A stretch of DNA of 64,000 nucleotides. It comes from Candidatus Scalinduaceae bacterium. GTDB lineage: Bacteria > Planctomycetota > Brocadiia > Brocadiales > Scalinduaceae. Position numbers and translations under genes: made by a program. Below the pieces are notes generated by a model. The model searched no databases. It was not told where the DNA came from and saw only the letters and a program-made list of their open reading frames with translations. Location of the stretch: contig JBHICG010000001.1 of the NCBI GenBank assembly GCA_046759445.1, forward strand, positions 32,001 to 96,000, in the 5' to 3' direction. Position 1 is the first letter of the stretch, and every line of letters starts with the position of its first letter. Positions 1-9,613 of the stretch are shown here, one piece after another.

Positions 1-1299
1 TGCCTGAAACCCAACGGATGCTTAAGCATGTTAGAAATGGTCATATCACAGGTCTCATCTTTTCCAAGCTTGCCCGCTTAGCCCGCAATACAAGAGAGCT
101 TCTCGAATTTGCTGATATCTTTCAAGAATATAATGCAGATCTAATCTCTCTTCAGGAATCAATTGACACATCAACCCCGGCGGGACGGCTCTTTTACACC
201 ATGATTGCAGCTATGGCCCAGTGGGAAAGAGAGGAGATTTCTGAACGTGTGGCTGCCTCTGTTCCTATCAGGGCCAAACTCGGTAAACCCATTGGTGGTC
301 AGGCCTCATATGGCTACCAGTGGAAAGACAGAAAATTAATCCCTCATCAAGATGAGGCCCCCATAAGAAAATTGCTCTATGAACTCTTCTTAGAGCACAA
401 GAGGAAAAAGACCGTAGCTCGAATCCTCAATGAGAGAGGATACAGGACACGAAATGGATCAAAGTTTACAGATACAACTGTTAAGAGACTCCTGCAAGAC
501 ACCACAGCCAAGGGAATGCACAAAGCCAATTACACTAAGAGCCTTGGTGATAACAAAAAATGGATAGTGAAGCAACAGGAAGATTGGGTTTTTACTAAGG
601 TAGAACCGATTGTCTCTGAGGAGTTGTGGAATCAGTGCAACTCTATCTTAGATGAGCAAGAGAAAAATAATAAGCGACCGTCTCGCAATGTCGTTCATCT
701 CTTCACAGGTTTTGCCTTCTGCGCTTGCGGTCAGAAGATGTATGTTCCTTCCAATTCTCCGAAGTATATCTGCCGGAAGTGTCGAAACAAGATAGGCACA
801 GAAGACCTAGAAGAAGTATTCCACAAACAGCTCAAGACCTTCTTTTTCTCACCTAACGAGATTTCTAATTACTTAAATAAATCTGATAATGTAATAAAAG
901 AAAAAGAAGAACTTCTTAAGTCACAAGAACAGGAAAAACACAAAATACAGATAGAAATGGATAAAGTATACAAGCTATATATAGATGACCAGATCACACC
1001 AGAAGGCTTTGGCCACAAATACAAACCTTTAGAAGAAAGACTAAAGCAGACAGAAGATCAGATACCAGAGCTCCAGGCTGAGATTGATTTCCTTAAGATT
1101 CAGTACCTTTCAAGTGATCAGATCCTGAACGAGGCCAAAGACCTATACAGCCGTTGGCCAGAACTTGAATATGAAGAAAAACGAAAAATCGTTGAAAGCA
1201 TTACTGATAAAGTTATTGTCGGAAAAGAAGATATAGCAATTAACCTCTGCTACCTACCTTCCTCTTCTGAAATCATGGCAGGTGGGCAACGCAACTTCA
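1..1299. mobile_element. End of a serine-integrase element inserted in comM; hybrid att junction at ~1285-1315
   Basis: comM-like coding stops abruptly at ...GCA ATG AAT CCG TG|A, immediately beside the integrase 3' end. Confidence 0.8.
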
Positions 1300-1343
1300 C
1301 GGATTCATTGCACACACCAACATTATCTCTGCTGGAAAAGTAA
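1..1343 (+). CDS. Large serine recombinase/integrase (5'-truncated by window edge)
   Basis: Resolvase motifs SKLARLARN and [28 protein letters not shown], recombinase domain (YGY...[15 protein letters not shown]), Zn ribbon (CACG...CRKC) and coiled coil. The frame is open upstream of the ATG at 18 (PETQRM), so the catalytic Ser lies outside the window. Confidence 0.93.
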   Translation, partial: PETQRMLKHVRNGHITGLIFSKLARLARNTRELLEFADIFQEYNADLISLQESIDTSTPAGRLFYTMIAAMAQWEREEISERVAASVPIRAKLGKPIGGQASYGYQWKDRKLIPHQDEAPIRKLLYELFLEHKRKKTVARILNERGYRTRNGSKFTDTTVKRLLQDTTAKGMHKANYTKSLGDNKKWIVKQQEDWVFTKVEPIVSEELWNQCNSILDEQEKNNKRPSRNVVHLFTGFAFCACGQKMYVPSNSPKYICRKCRNKIGTEDLEEVFHKQLKTFFFSPNEISNYLNKSDNVIKEKEELLKSQEQEKHKIQIEMDKVYKLYIDDQITPEGFGHKYKPLEERLKQTEDQIPELQAEIDFLKIQYLSSDQILNEAKDLYSRWPELEYEEKRKIVESITDKVIVGKEDIAINLCYLPSSSEIMAGGQRNFTDSLHTPTLSLLEK

Positions 1344-2361
1344 CTGAACTCGTTGCCCTTGAAATAGTAATCTTGTCCGTCTCTAATGGTTGTCGCAATA
1401 CCTCCAGTGTTTTTCTGTTAAATTCCGGCAATTCATCTAGAAAGAGAACTCCATGATGGCTTAGGCTAATTTCCCCTGGGTGTGGATTACTGCCACCCCC
1501 CACTAATCCTGCAGTGCTAATAGTATGATGAGGACAGCGGAAAGGCCTTAAGGCTACCAATGATTGGTCTGAATCCAAAAGCCCTACTGTGCTATATATC
1601 ATAGTCGTTTCAAGAGCCTCCTCAAGGGTTAATTCAGACATTATTGTAGGGAGCCTTTGTGTCAGCATCGTCTTCCCCGAACCCGGTGGTCCAATCATAA
1701 GCACATTATGATTACCAGCAGCAGCAACCGTAAGCGCACGTTTAACATGCTCTTGACCTTTAACATCCAAAAAGTCCATCTCATAATGGGACAACCTATT
1801 AAAAACATCCTCAAGGTCTACGGAAAATGGAGAAATAGATAATTCATTTGTTAGAAAGCTTACCGTATCAGATAATGTCTTTACGGGAATAACATCTATA
1901 CCATCTACAATAGCTGCTTCGGCTGCATTATCGGCAGGAAGAATTAATCCTTTCAATCCTGCCTCTTTACATTTCAGCGCCATTGATAAGCAACCCCTTA
2001 CCTTTCTTACCCTTCCATCCAATGCAAGTTCGCCTATTATGCCATATTCCTGTACCTTGTCTGTTTTTATCTGGTTTGTAGCTACAAGAAGACCAGTTGC
2101 AATTGGCAATTCAAATGACGGACCTTCCTTTTTTCTATCCGCAGGAGCCAGGTTAATGGTGACATTCTTTAAAGGAAATTTGTAACCGCAATTTTTCAGC
2201 GCTGCCTTTACCCTATCTCTACATTCCTTAACTGCTGCGTCAGGTAATCCAATAACTATCGTTGAAGGTAATTGACCTTTTGCAACATACACCTCTATCT
2301 CCAGCATATAGGCTTCAATTCCGTAGACGGCAATGCTTTTTACCTTTCCAAGTCCGGCCAT
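1297..2361 (-). pseudogene. comM: ComM/YifB Mg-chelatase-like AAA+ ATPase, interrupted (5' portion only)
   Basis: [22 protein letters not shown], Walker [28 protein letters not shown]. Ends at CAMNP*, where the family continues CPCG plus a C-terminal domain. Confidence 0.92.
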
Positions 2362-2455
2362 TGGTTTTTATTCAAGAAATATGTATGTTTATATATTGAT
2401 GTGTAACAGAAGCATGAAAACTGAAGATTGTTATAGCAAAATTAATCTGAAAAAA

Positions 2456-3940
2456 TTACTTTCTCCATGTTATAGGCAAGAAGATAAGGATAACGGCGTA
2501 TATTTCAAGCCTACCTAATAACATACAGAATATTAGGACCCATTTGCAGGGATAAGCAATCTCACTATAATTTTTTGTTGCACCTACGTCAGCAAGGGCA
2601 GGACCGATATTGTTCATCATGGATGCTACAGCGCTAAATGAGGTAACTACCTCTGTACCAAAAACGGTCAGGACAAGAGAAAAGATACCAAATAAACCAA
2701 GATATATTACAAAAAAACCCAGTGTGTTGGTGAGTATATCTTCACTAACCGGTTTACCGCTAAGCTTAACATGCATTACGGCCCTTGGCCTGAGTAGGTG
2801 AACTAATTCCCTTACACTAGATTTGAGAAGTAATAATATCCTCGCTACCTTCATGCCTCCTGCAGTTGAACCTGCACATCCCCCAATAAACATAAGAAAG
2901 ACAAGAAAGAAACGACAAAAATTTGGCCAACTATCAAAATCTGCAGTACAATAACCAGTACTAGTTGTTAAGGAAACCGCCTGGAATGCAGCATATCTTA
3001 ACGCACCACCTATGCTTTCATATTTATGTTCTTTTACGCCTCCATTATAAAAAGATGATTCAAAGAAAAATAAAGCAAGTGTCACAAAACAAATTGCACA
3101 TAATAACAAACCGACAAAAAAACGTAATTCTGAATTGCCTAATATTCTTCTGAACCTTCCCGTTACAAATTGGTAATGAATCACATAGTTGCAAGCCGAT
3201 ATAAAAATAAAGACCATAATAACAATCTCGATAAATAAACTATCGAATGCTGCAATGCTCTGATTTTTTGTAGAAAACCCACCAGTTGCAATTGTCGTAA
3301 AGGCATGACAAACAGCATCAAATGGTTCCATACCTCCAAGCCAAAAAAAAGGAATTACGATGGCAGTAAGGGATAGATATATCATCCACAGTATTTTTGC
3401 TGTTTGGGCTATACGAGGTTTTATCCTGTCTGTTGTAGGGCCAGGCGCCTCAGCACTAAATAACTTATGACCTCCTACACCAATAGTAGGAAGAACTGCG
3501 ACAAAAAACACAACGATACCCATTCCGCCAAGCCATTGAGTCATGCTTCTCCAAAAAAGGATGCTATGTGGCAAAGCTTCAATGTCATTGAAAATACTGG
3601 CGCCTGTGGTAGTGAGACCACTCATAGACTCAAAATAGGAATCACAGAAGGTATTACACACACCTGACAACCAATAAGGCAAGGCGCCAAAAAATGCACA
3701 TGACACCCACCAGAATACGACAATCGCAAAACCTTCCCTGACCGTAACATCTTCATTCCTATATTTAATAGAATATTTTAATGCTAAACCAACTGTACCT
3801 GATGCAATGATTGCAACGAGAAATGCCCATATCTCTTCCTTTGTGCCATAAAAAAGAGACACACCAAATGGTATGAACATTATACAGGAAAGAAGTATTA
3901 CGAGGTTTCCTAAGGTATGCAGCACCAAGGGTATGTTCAT
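2456..3940 (-). CDS. trkH: Trk potassium uptake membrane subunit
   Basis: Pore motifs FESMSGLTTTGAS, ATGGFS, TSTGY, GGCAGSTAGGMK, NNIGP, LGRLEI. Confidence 0.95.
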   Translation of the reverse strand: MNIPLVLHTLGNLVILLSCIMFIPFGVSLFYGTKEEIWAFLVAIIASGTVGLALKYSIKYRNEDVTVREGFAIVVFWWVSCAFFGALPYWLSGVCNTFCDSYFESMSGLTTTGASIFNDIEALPHSILFWRSMTQWLGGMGIVVFFVAVLPTIGVGGHKLFSAEAPGPTTDRIKPRIAQTAKILWMIYLSLTAIVIPFFWLGGMEPFDAVCHAFTTIATGGFSTKNQSIAAFDSLFIEIVIMVFIFISACNYVIHYQFVTGRFRRILGNSELRFFVGLLLCAICFVTLALFFFESSFYNGGVKEHKYESIGGALRYAAFQAVSLTTSTGYCTADFDSWPNFCRFFLVFLMFIGGCAGSTAGGMKVARILLLLKSSVRELVHLLRPRAVMHVKLSGKPVSEDILTNTLGFFVIYLGLFGIFSLVLTVFGTEVVTSFSAVASMMNNIGPALADVGATKNYSEIAYPCKWVLIFCMLLGRLEIYAVILIFLPITWRK

Positions 3941-3960
3941 ATTGAAACTAACTAATTTTC

Positions 3961-4024
3961 AATCCCCCTTAGTCCCCCCGCTTCTTGCTTTCGCAAGAAA
4001 GCAGCGGGGGGAAATAGGGGGATT
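3961..4024. repeat. GC-rich nested palindrome (REP-like hairpin) between trkA and trkH
   Basis: AATCCCCCT..TCCCCCCGCT..TTCTTGC-TTTC-GCAAGAA..AGCGGGGGGA..AGGGGGATT long inverted repeat. Confidence 0.7.
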
Positions 4025-4064
4025 TGTTTTTAGTCACAAAATAAAATTTATAGAATAGGAGATT

Positions 4065-5417
4065 TTATCTTTTCTTACTGAAAAGAGCCTGAACCCTTTC
4101 AATAGCATCCGGCAAGGTAAAAACAATAACACTTTCCCCGGGATTAATAGCATTAATGCCTTTGGGGAGAAGCATATTACCATTTCTTACAATAGCGCCA
4201 AGGATAGAGCTTTTGGGAAACCGGACTTTATTTAGACGCTTTTTTACGATTTCAGAGCCTTCTTCAGCAACCAGTTCAATTGCTTCTGCTTCGCTATCAC
4301 CCAATTTAGCTATTGATAATATCTGACCTCTCCTTACGTGCTGGAGTATAGCGCTTGCCGTAACCAGTCTTGAGTTTACGGCTACATCTATATTAACCTG
4401 ATTGATTATGGGTACAAGTCCGGGTTCTTTTGTTAGAACTATAGTCTTTTTCGCGCCATGCTTTTTTGCTAATAAGGATGTAAGTAAATTAGTCTGTTCA
4501 TCTTCGGAAAGTGCAATAAAGAAGTCTGCATCTTCAATAGCAGCTTCTTTAAGTATGTCTATGTCTGTAGCACCACCATGTAAGACTATGGTATCCTCTA
4601 ATTCAGCAGCAGCCATTTCTGCCCTATCCTTCTTTGGTTCAATCATTGTCACATTAATCGAACTGTTTTCAAGCTGTTTAGCAAGCTGTAAACCTATTCG
4701 ACTTGTTCGATATATAATTACCCTTTCTACCTCATCTGCTCTTCTATTAACCATTGGCAAGAAATACGGTAGTCCCATTTTTGATACAAGTACAAATATA
4801 TCATCATCTGGTAACACTTCGGTATTATCTGTGGGTATTATCATTTCATCCTTACGTTGAATATATACTATTAAGAATGAATCTGTATATTCAATACCCT
4901 CCAGTTCTGAGAATTTTTTACCAGCAATTGGGGCATCCTTGGGGACATGAAAACCTCTTAAAAGAATATCCCCTACTGGAAAATCAACTGCGAAAGTTGC
5001 CCCTGGTGTCTCTATAATCTTAACAATCGAATCCACAATGATCTGCTCAGGATTTATCATGTGGTCAACACAAAATCCGTTCTGCTTAAATATTGAGTCT
5101 TTGCTTGTAAACTCACTGTTTCGAATCCTCGCAATCTTAATCTTATGACCATATTGATTAGCAAGGATACAAACAATAATATTTACCTCATCACTGTTTG
5201 TTACGGCCAGTACCATTTCCGCCCCTTTTACTCCGGCAGATTCTAATATACTTGGAGAACTGCCATTTCCGGCAATTACAAACACATCTAATTTTTCTGT
5301 AATCATCTGAACCAGTTCGGGATTTTCCTCAACAACAGATATGTCATGGCCTTCCTTCGATAGCTGTTTTGCAATGTTAAACCCTACAGCACCAGCTCCA
5401 ATTATAAGAACTTTCAT
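4065..5417 (-). CDS. trkA: Trk potassium uptake NAD-binding subunit
   Basis: Two RCK N/C repeats, GAGAVG Rossmann motif, adjacent to trkH. Confidence 0.95.
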   Translation of the reverse strand: MKVLIIGAGAVGFNIAKQLSKEGHDISVVEENPELVQMITEKLDVFVIAGNGSSPSILESAGVKGAEMVLAVTNSDEVNIIVCILANQYGHKIKIARIRNSEFTSKDSIFKQNGFCVDHMINPEQIIVDSIVKIIETPGATFAVDFPVGDILLRGFHVPKDAPIAGKKFSELEGIEYTDSFLIVYIQRKDEMIIPTDNTEVLPDDDIFVLVSKMGLPYFLPMVNRRADEVERVIIYRTSRIGLQLAKQLENSSINVTMIEPKKDRAEMAAAELEDTIVLHGGATDIDILKEAAIEDADFFIALSEDEQTNLLTSLLAKKHGAKKTIVLTKEPGLVPIINQVNIDVAVNSRLVTASAILQHVRRGQILSIAKLGDSEAEAIELVAEEGSEIVKKRLNKVRFPKSSILGAIVRNGNMLLPKGINAINPGESVIVFTLPDAIERVQALFSKKR

Positions 5418-5482
5418 TTATAAATTCCTTTATTAAAAAATTTCTCATTTAAAACTCTTACACCCAATTGAACAAAAAATTA

Positions 5483-7606
5483 TTACCCTATTGCATATGA
5501 AAGTTTATTGTTTTGAGGTAATAGTGTTTTTATACTCTTTTTTCTTAAATCATAAAACTTAGACCTTAATTCAGAACCACCCATATATGGATCTTTCTTC
5601 TCAAATTCATCAACAAGTTCTCTTACTCTTCCATAGTCTCCCCTCTCAAAATACTCCTCAAGAATCTTATAAATTTCATGCCACCACAAACGATTATCTG
5701 TTAATAAATTCTCAATCCATGATGAAAAAAAGTTTAGGAGTTTATCATGTTGTTTTGCCTCTCTCAGACAATGTACAAGTTCATGTTTTATCTCCATATC
5801 ATTTTCAAAATGTACAACAAGTCCTTCATATATTAAAATCGCCTTCTGGCAATTATCAAGTAAGAAATATGACTTTGCCAACTTTAATTTACTTTGCCAC
5901 AATGCATGACTATATTCCAGTGTATTTTCAAAATTATCAATTTGTTTTTTTAATATTTCTATAGCCCTTTCATAATCCTTTCCTACATAAAAGGCATTAG
6001 CAATATTGTTAAGCGCTTCAAATTTCTTACAATCAATAGATAATAGTTCGTTCGCAGCTACTTCTGTCACTCTACTATCTCTATCCTTAAGTAGCTTGAT
6101 CAAGGGTTCTACTGCACTCTCATCACCTATCTGACCCAAAGCCGTTGCCGCGGATTCACGAACACGAGCACTTTCATCGGACAGCAATGTTATCAGAGGG
6201 GAAACTGGCCTTTTAACACCTATTTTACCAAGACTATCAGCCGCATACCATCTGACCCTTTCTTCTGAATCCCCTAGGGAATTAATCAAAGGATCAATTG
6301 CTCTTCTATCCTGAATCTTGCCAAGAGCAACAATTACAGATTCTTTTACCCTTGAATCTTCATTTGAAAGTAAGTTAATCAATGGTTCTACTGCCTCATT
6401 AGCTCCTATCTCTCCAAGTGATTCTGCTGCTATACACACCACACTTTTTTTACTATCATTTAAAGCTGATAGTAAAGGAACTACCGCCTCTTGCTTGCCT
6501 AATTTACCCAAAGCATTTGCTGTAGCTTCCCTAACCTTCACCTCTTTATCATGTAACGCTAATATTAAAGATTCTAATCCTGACACATCACCAATTTCTC
6601 CAAGTGTTTTTGCCGCAAGTACACGTATTTCTGTATTATCATCTGAAATTAAATCAACAAAAATTTTGACCACCTCAGTTTCTCTATGTTTTGCCAGTTC
6701 TCCAGCAGCAAAAATCCTTACCTCATCATATTCGCTCTTTATTGCATCAAGCAACTGTTTAATATCACCTTTCTCTTTCCTCGTTTTTAAAATCGTTATA
6801 GTCTTTCGAGCAATTTCATCACTTAACATGTTGTTCTGTTCTTTAAGTTTCCTTAAGTCTTCCTCCAACTCATCAACTATATCTTCTAACCATTGTTCCC
6901 TCGTTTTAACTTTATTTCTATCCCACCACTCTTGCCAAAAAGCTGTAGTATTACCATCAGACTGTTTCGTAACCTCTACTAATGCATTCTGGGCTGCAAT
7001 TCTTAGCTCTTCACTGTCAGAATCTAACAAACTAATTAGTGGTTCCACAGCTTCACGTGAACGAGTTTTTGCTAAAGCGCTTGCAATAAGGATACGAGAG
7101 TTAATGGGATCTTTAGCATTTAAAAGTACTGCGATCATCGTTTCTATCGCCGCATTTGTCCTTATATTTCCCAACGCATTAGCAGAAGCGATTTGTATGG
7201 ATTCATTTTCACTTGCAAGTAATTCAATCATACAATCTATTGCTTTATCGTCTTCCGCAAAATCAAATGCCTTAATTAGAGAAATACGCACATCGTCATT
7301 TTCCGAATTTCTGAGAATATAAATAAGTGAGTCATAGATAACGGGTTGGTTAAGCCCTAATAAAGAAATGATAGCTGAGCTGCGTATTTCGGGGTCTTCT
7401 GAATATAATAGTTTCATCCACTCATCAATCTTTATTCTAAACTCAGACGATATTTCTTGAGAGATTCTACTATTAGCTTTAATGTCTTCGGCGCTAACGT
7501 CTTTATTTTCAAATGATACTAAGCCATAAGAAAATATATTTATTAAAACTAAAAAAGAAAAATAGGGTCTTTTCATCCAATTTATACGTTGAGGAATAAA
7601 AAACAA
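5483..7606 (-). CDS. Exported HEAT (PBS-lyase-like) repeat protein with C-terminal TPR-like region
   Basis: N-terminal hydrophobic segment and many 'VR..AA.ALG.IG...AV.PLI.LL.D' repeats. Confidence 0.85.
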   Translation of the reverse strand: MFFIPQRINWMKRPYFSFLVLINIFSYGLVSFENKDVSAEDIKANSRISQEISSEFRIKIDEWMKLLYSEDPEIRSSAIISLLGLNQPVIYDSLIYILRNSENDDVRISLIKAFDFAEDDKAIDCMIELLASENESIQIASANALGNIRTNAAIETMIAVLLNAKDPINSRILIASALAKTRSREAVEPLISLLDSDSEELRIAAQNALVEVTKQSDGNTTAFWQEWWDRNKVKTREQWLEDIVDELEEDLRKLKEQNNMLSDEIARKTITILKTRKEKGDIKQLLDAIKSEYDEVRIFAAGELAKHRETEVVKIFVDLISDDNTEIRVLAAKTLGEIGDVSGLESLILALHDKEVKVREATANALGKLGKQEAVVPLLSALNDSKKSVVCIAAESLGEIGANEAVEPLINLLSNEDSRVKESVIVALGKIQDRRAIDPLINSLGDSEERVRWYAADSLGKIGVKRPVSPLITLLSDESARVRESAATALGQIGDESAVEPLIKLLKDRDSRVTEVAANELLSIDCKKFEALNNIANAFYVGKDYERAIEILKKQIDNFENTLEYSHALWQSKLKLAKSYFLLDNCQKAILIYEGLVVHFENDMEIKHELVHCLREAKQHDKLLNFFSSWIENLLTDNRLWWHEIYKILEEYFERGDYGRVRELVDEFEKKDPYMGGSELRSKFYDLRKKSIKTLLPQNNKLSYAIG

Positions 7607-7808
7607 ATAATGCTAAACACTTCAAAAAAATTTAAATGTAAACATATGCCACAATTATTCTTTATTAAAAATCCATACTATCAAAACTTCTTTTTAGCGT
7701 CAATATAAAACAATCTGGAAAGATTGACTTGAACATTTTTATCAAACTTGTTAGTATGATGGTTTTAAATAAAATAGACAAAACTATCCCCTATAAATCT
7801 TCAAAAAT

Positions 7809-8468
7809 ATGAAGATAATTTCTTTTGGTGATATACATGAGGATATCACCAAACTAATACTTTTGAAGAATGAGCTGGAAGATGCGGACCTTATAATAAT
7901 CTCTGGTGACTTAACCAACTATAATGGCAAAAAAAAAGCTGAAAAAATAATAGAAGAGGTAATGAAATACAACAACAGCGTTTTGGCTCAGCTTGGGAAT
8001 TTAGATAAGTTTGAAGTTAATGATTATTTAAACGAAAAAGGTATTAACCTTCACAGAAATGGATACATAAAAGATGACATAGGAATCTTCGGAGTTGGTG
8101 GATCAAACCCAACACCATTTGGAACACCTACTGAATTTAGTGAAAGTGAAATTGGAAATTTCTTACTTGAAGGCTTTGAAAAGGTTAGAGAAGCTAAATT
8201 TAAAATAATGGTACCTCACATGCCGCCAAATTGCACAAAGGTTGATGTAATTAGAAATGGAGCGCATGTAGGTAGTAAAAGTGTCCGTGATTTCATAATA
8301 AAATATAAACCTGATATCTCATTAAGTGGTCATATACATGAAGCAAGAGGAACAGACAAAATAGGAAGTACATTAATCTTCAATGCTGGCATGTTTCAAG
8401 AAGGAGGTTATATAAAGATTGTTAAACAAACAGATAATCTGACTGCTGAATTGAAGATGCTAATTTAA
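7809..8468 (+). CDS. Calcineurin-like metallophosphoesterase (Icc-related)
   Basis: DIH, GDLT, GNLD, H.PP and GHIHE motifs. Confidence 0.88.
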   Translation: MKIISFGDIHEDITKLILLKNELEDADLIIISGDLTNYNGKKKAEKIIEEVMKYNNSVLAQLGNLDKFEVNDYLNEKGINLHRNGYIKDDIGIFGVGGSNPTPFGTPTEFSESEIGNFLLEGFEKVREAKFKIMVPHMPPNCTKVDVIRNGAHVGSKSVRDFIIKYKPDISLSGHIHEARGTDKIGSTLIFNAGMFQEGGYIKIVKQTDNLTAELKMLI

Positions 8469-8734
8469 CAAAGATAAAAGCAGGATATGGAGGTTCCCTG
8501 AAATCTATGCAATGCTAAAGACAATTGATGCTTCGAAAGGTAAACTCTTAAAGTATTGCCAGAGTACAGATCCAAATACTAACTATACAGTAACATTTAC
8601 CAGCAAGGCATTCTATTATTAGAGCAGTATCTGTAAATCCTATTAAAGACCATATGAATTTATGCATCCTATTTTACAATTGAATGCTAGCTTAAATGGC
8701 TATAAATCTTTTCAATTTATACGTTGGAGTTTGA

Positions 8735-9562
8735 ATGATGAGCTGTAGATACTTCTCAAAGGTTTTTCTTCTAATACTCTCTGTTCTCTTTATCAATAGT
8801 TGTTCAAGTTTTCATAATTCTGTCAAGGAAGTCCCATTTAAAGTTGCAAAAGAGGGTCAAGATATTATCAGTGCCAGAATTAAGAGACCAAATGAATATA
8901 TTATTGCGTCTGGTGATACCATAAACATATCCGTCCATAACCATCCTGAATTAACTCAAAACAAGATAACAATCCCTCCATCAGGAAAGATTACGTACCC
9001 TTTTATTGGCAATTTGCAGGCTGGTGGTTTAAGCATATTCCAGTTGAGAGATAAAATTAAGAGTGAGTTGACAAAAGGATATATACCGAACCCTGAGGTT
9101 TCTGTGAATATTGATAATATGATTAGCAGAAAGGTCTTCGTACTTGGAGAGGTGAAAAATCCAAAGATGTTGTATATTAAGGGCGAAATGGACGCAATCG
9201 AGGCCATATCCCAGACCGGTGGATTTGCGCGTACTGCAGGAAAATCAGTTGTCTTTCTTATACGACATTTAGAAGACAATAAGAGAATAATGGATGTCCT
9301 GGATTTGAAGGGTTTTTTTAAATCCAAGGATTTTGCACAGAATGTGACGTTACAAAGGGGTGATATATTATATGTCCCACCAAGTCGCATGGCCAGCGTA
9401 AGTCAATTTATGTCACATATTTCTTCTATCATCGCTCCTATTTCTCCTAACTTTTTTGATGCAGTTGTACTGACTCCAAACGTCTTAGACGTTTTTAATG
9501 TTGGCGGTAGGGAGGGACCTGGTGCTGGAATTCCTATTGTCCAATCAGTTGGTGGTGATTAA
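8735..9562 (+). CDS. wza: Polysaccharide export lipoprotein (Wza/Poly_export + SLBB)
   Basis: Lipobox INSC, Y.I..GD.I.I.V, G.I.YPFIG, VFVLGEV, L..GDI.YVP. Confidence 0.85.
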   Translation: MMSCRYFSKVFLLILSVLFINSCSSFHNSVKEVPFKVAKEGQDIISARIKRPNEYIIASGDTINISVHNHPELTQNKITIPPSGKITYPFIGNLQAGGLSIFQLRDKIKSELTKGYIPNPEVSVNIDNMISRKVFVLGEVKNPKMLYIKGEMDAIEAISQTGGFARTAGKSVVFLIRHLEDNKRIMDVLDLKGFFKSKDFAQNVTLQRGDILYVPPSRMASVSQFMSHISSIIAPISPNFFDAVVLTPNVLDVFNVGGREGPGAGIPIVQSVGGD

Positions 9563-9613
9563 TCATACATCCCTAAATTTTATATATAACTTGTTTTCTT
9601 AAAAAGCTACTAA

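Noticed and set aside
6318..7322. 334-aa plus-strand ORF, and other antisense ORFs in the track (e.g. 4402, 8956, 9610, 26155, 52986)
   Set aside because: Antisense shadows of well-supported genes, with no protein motifs.
8480..8540. Fluoride-riboswitch-like string (GGATATGGAGGTTCCCTG...TGATGCTTC) upstream of wza
   Set aside because: Pseudoknot pairing and the 3' CTAC are missing, and the downstream gene is unrelated to fluoride.
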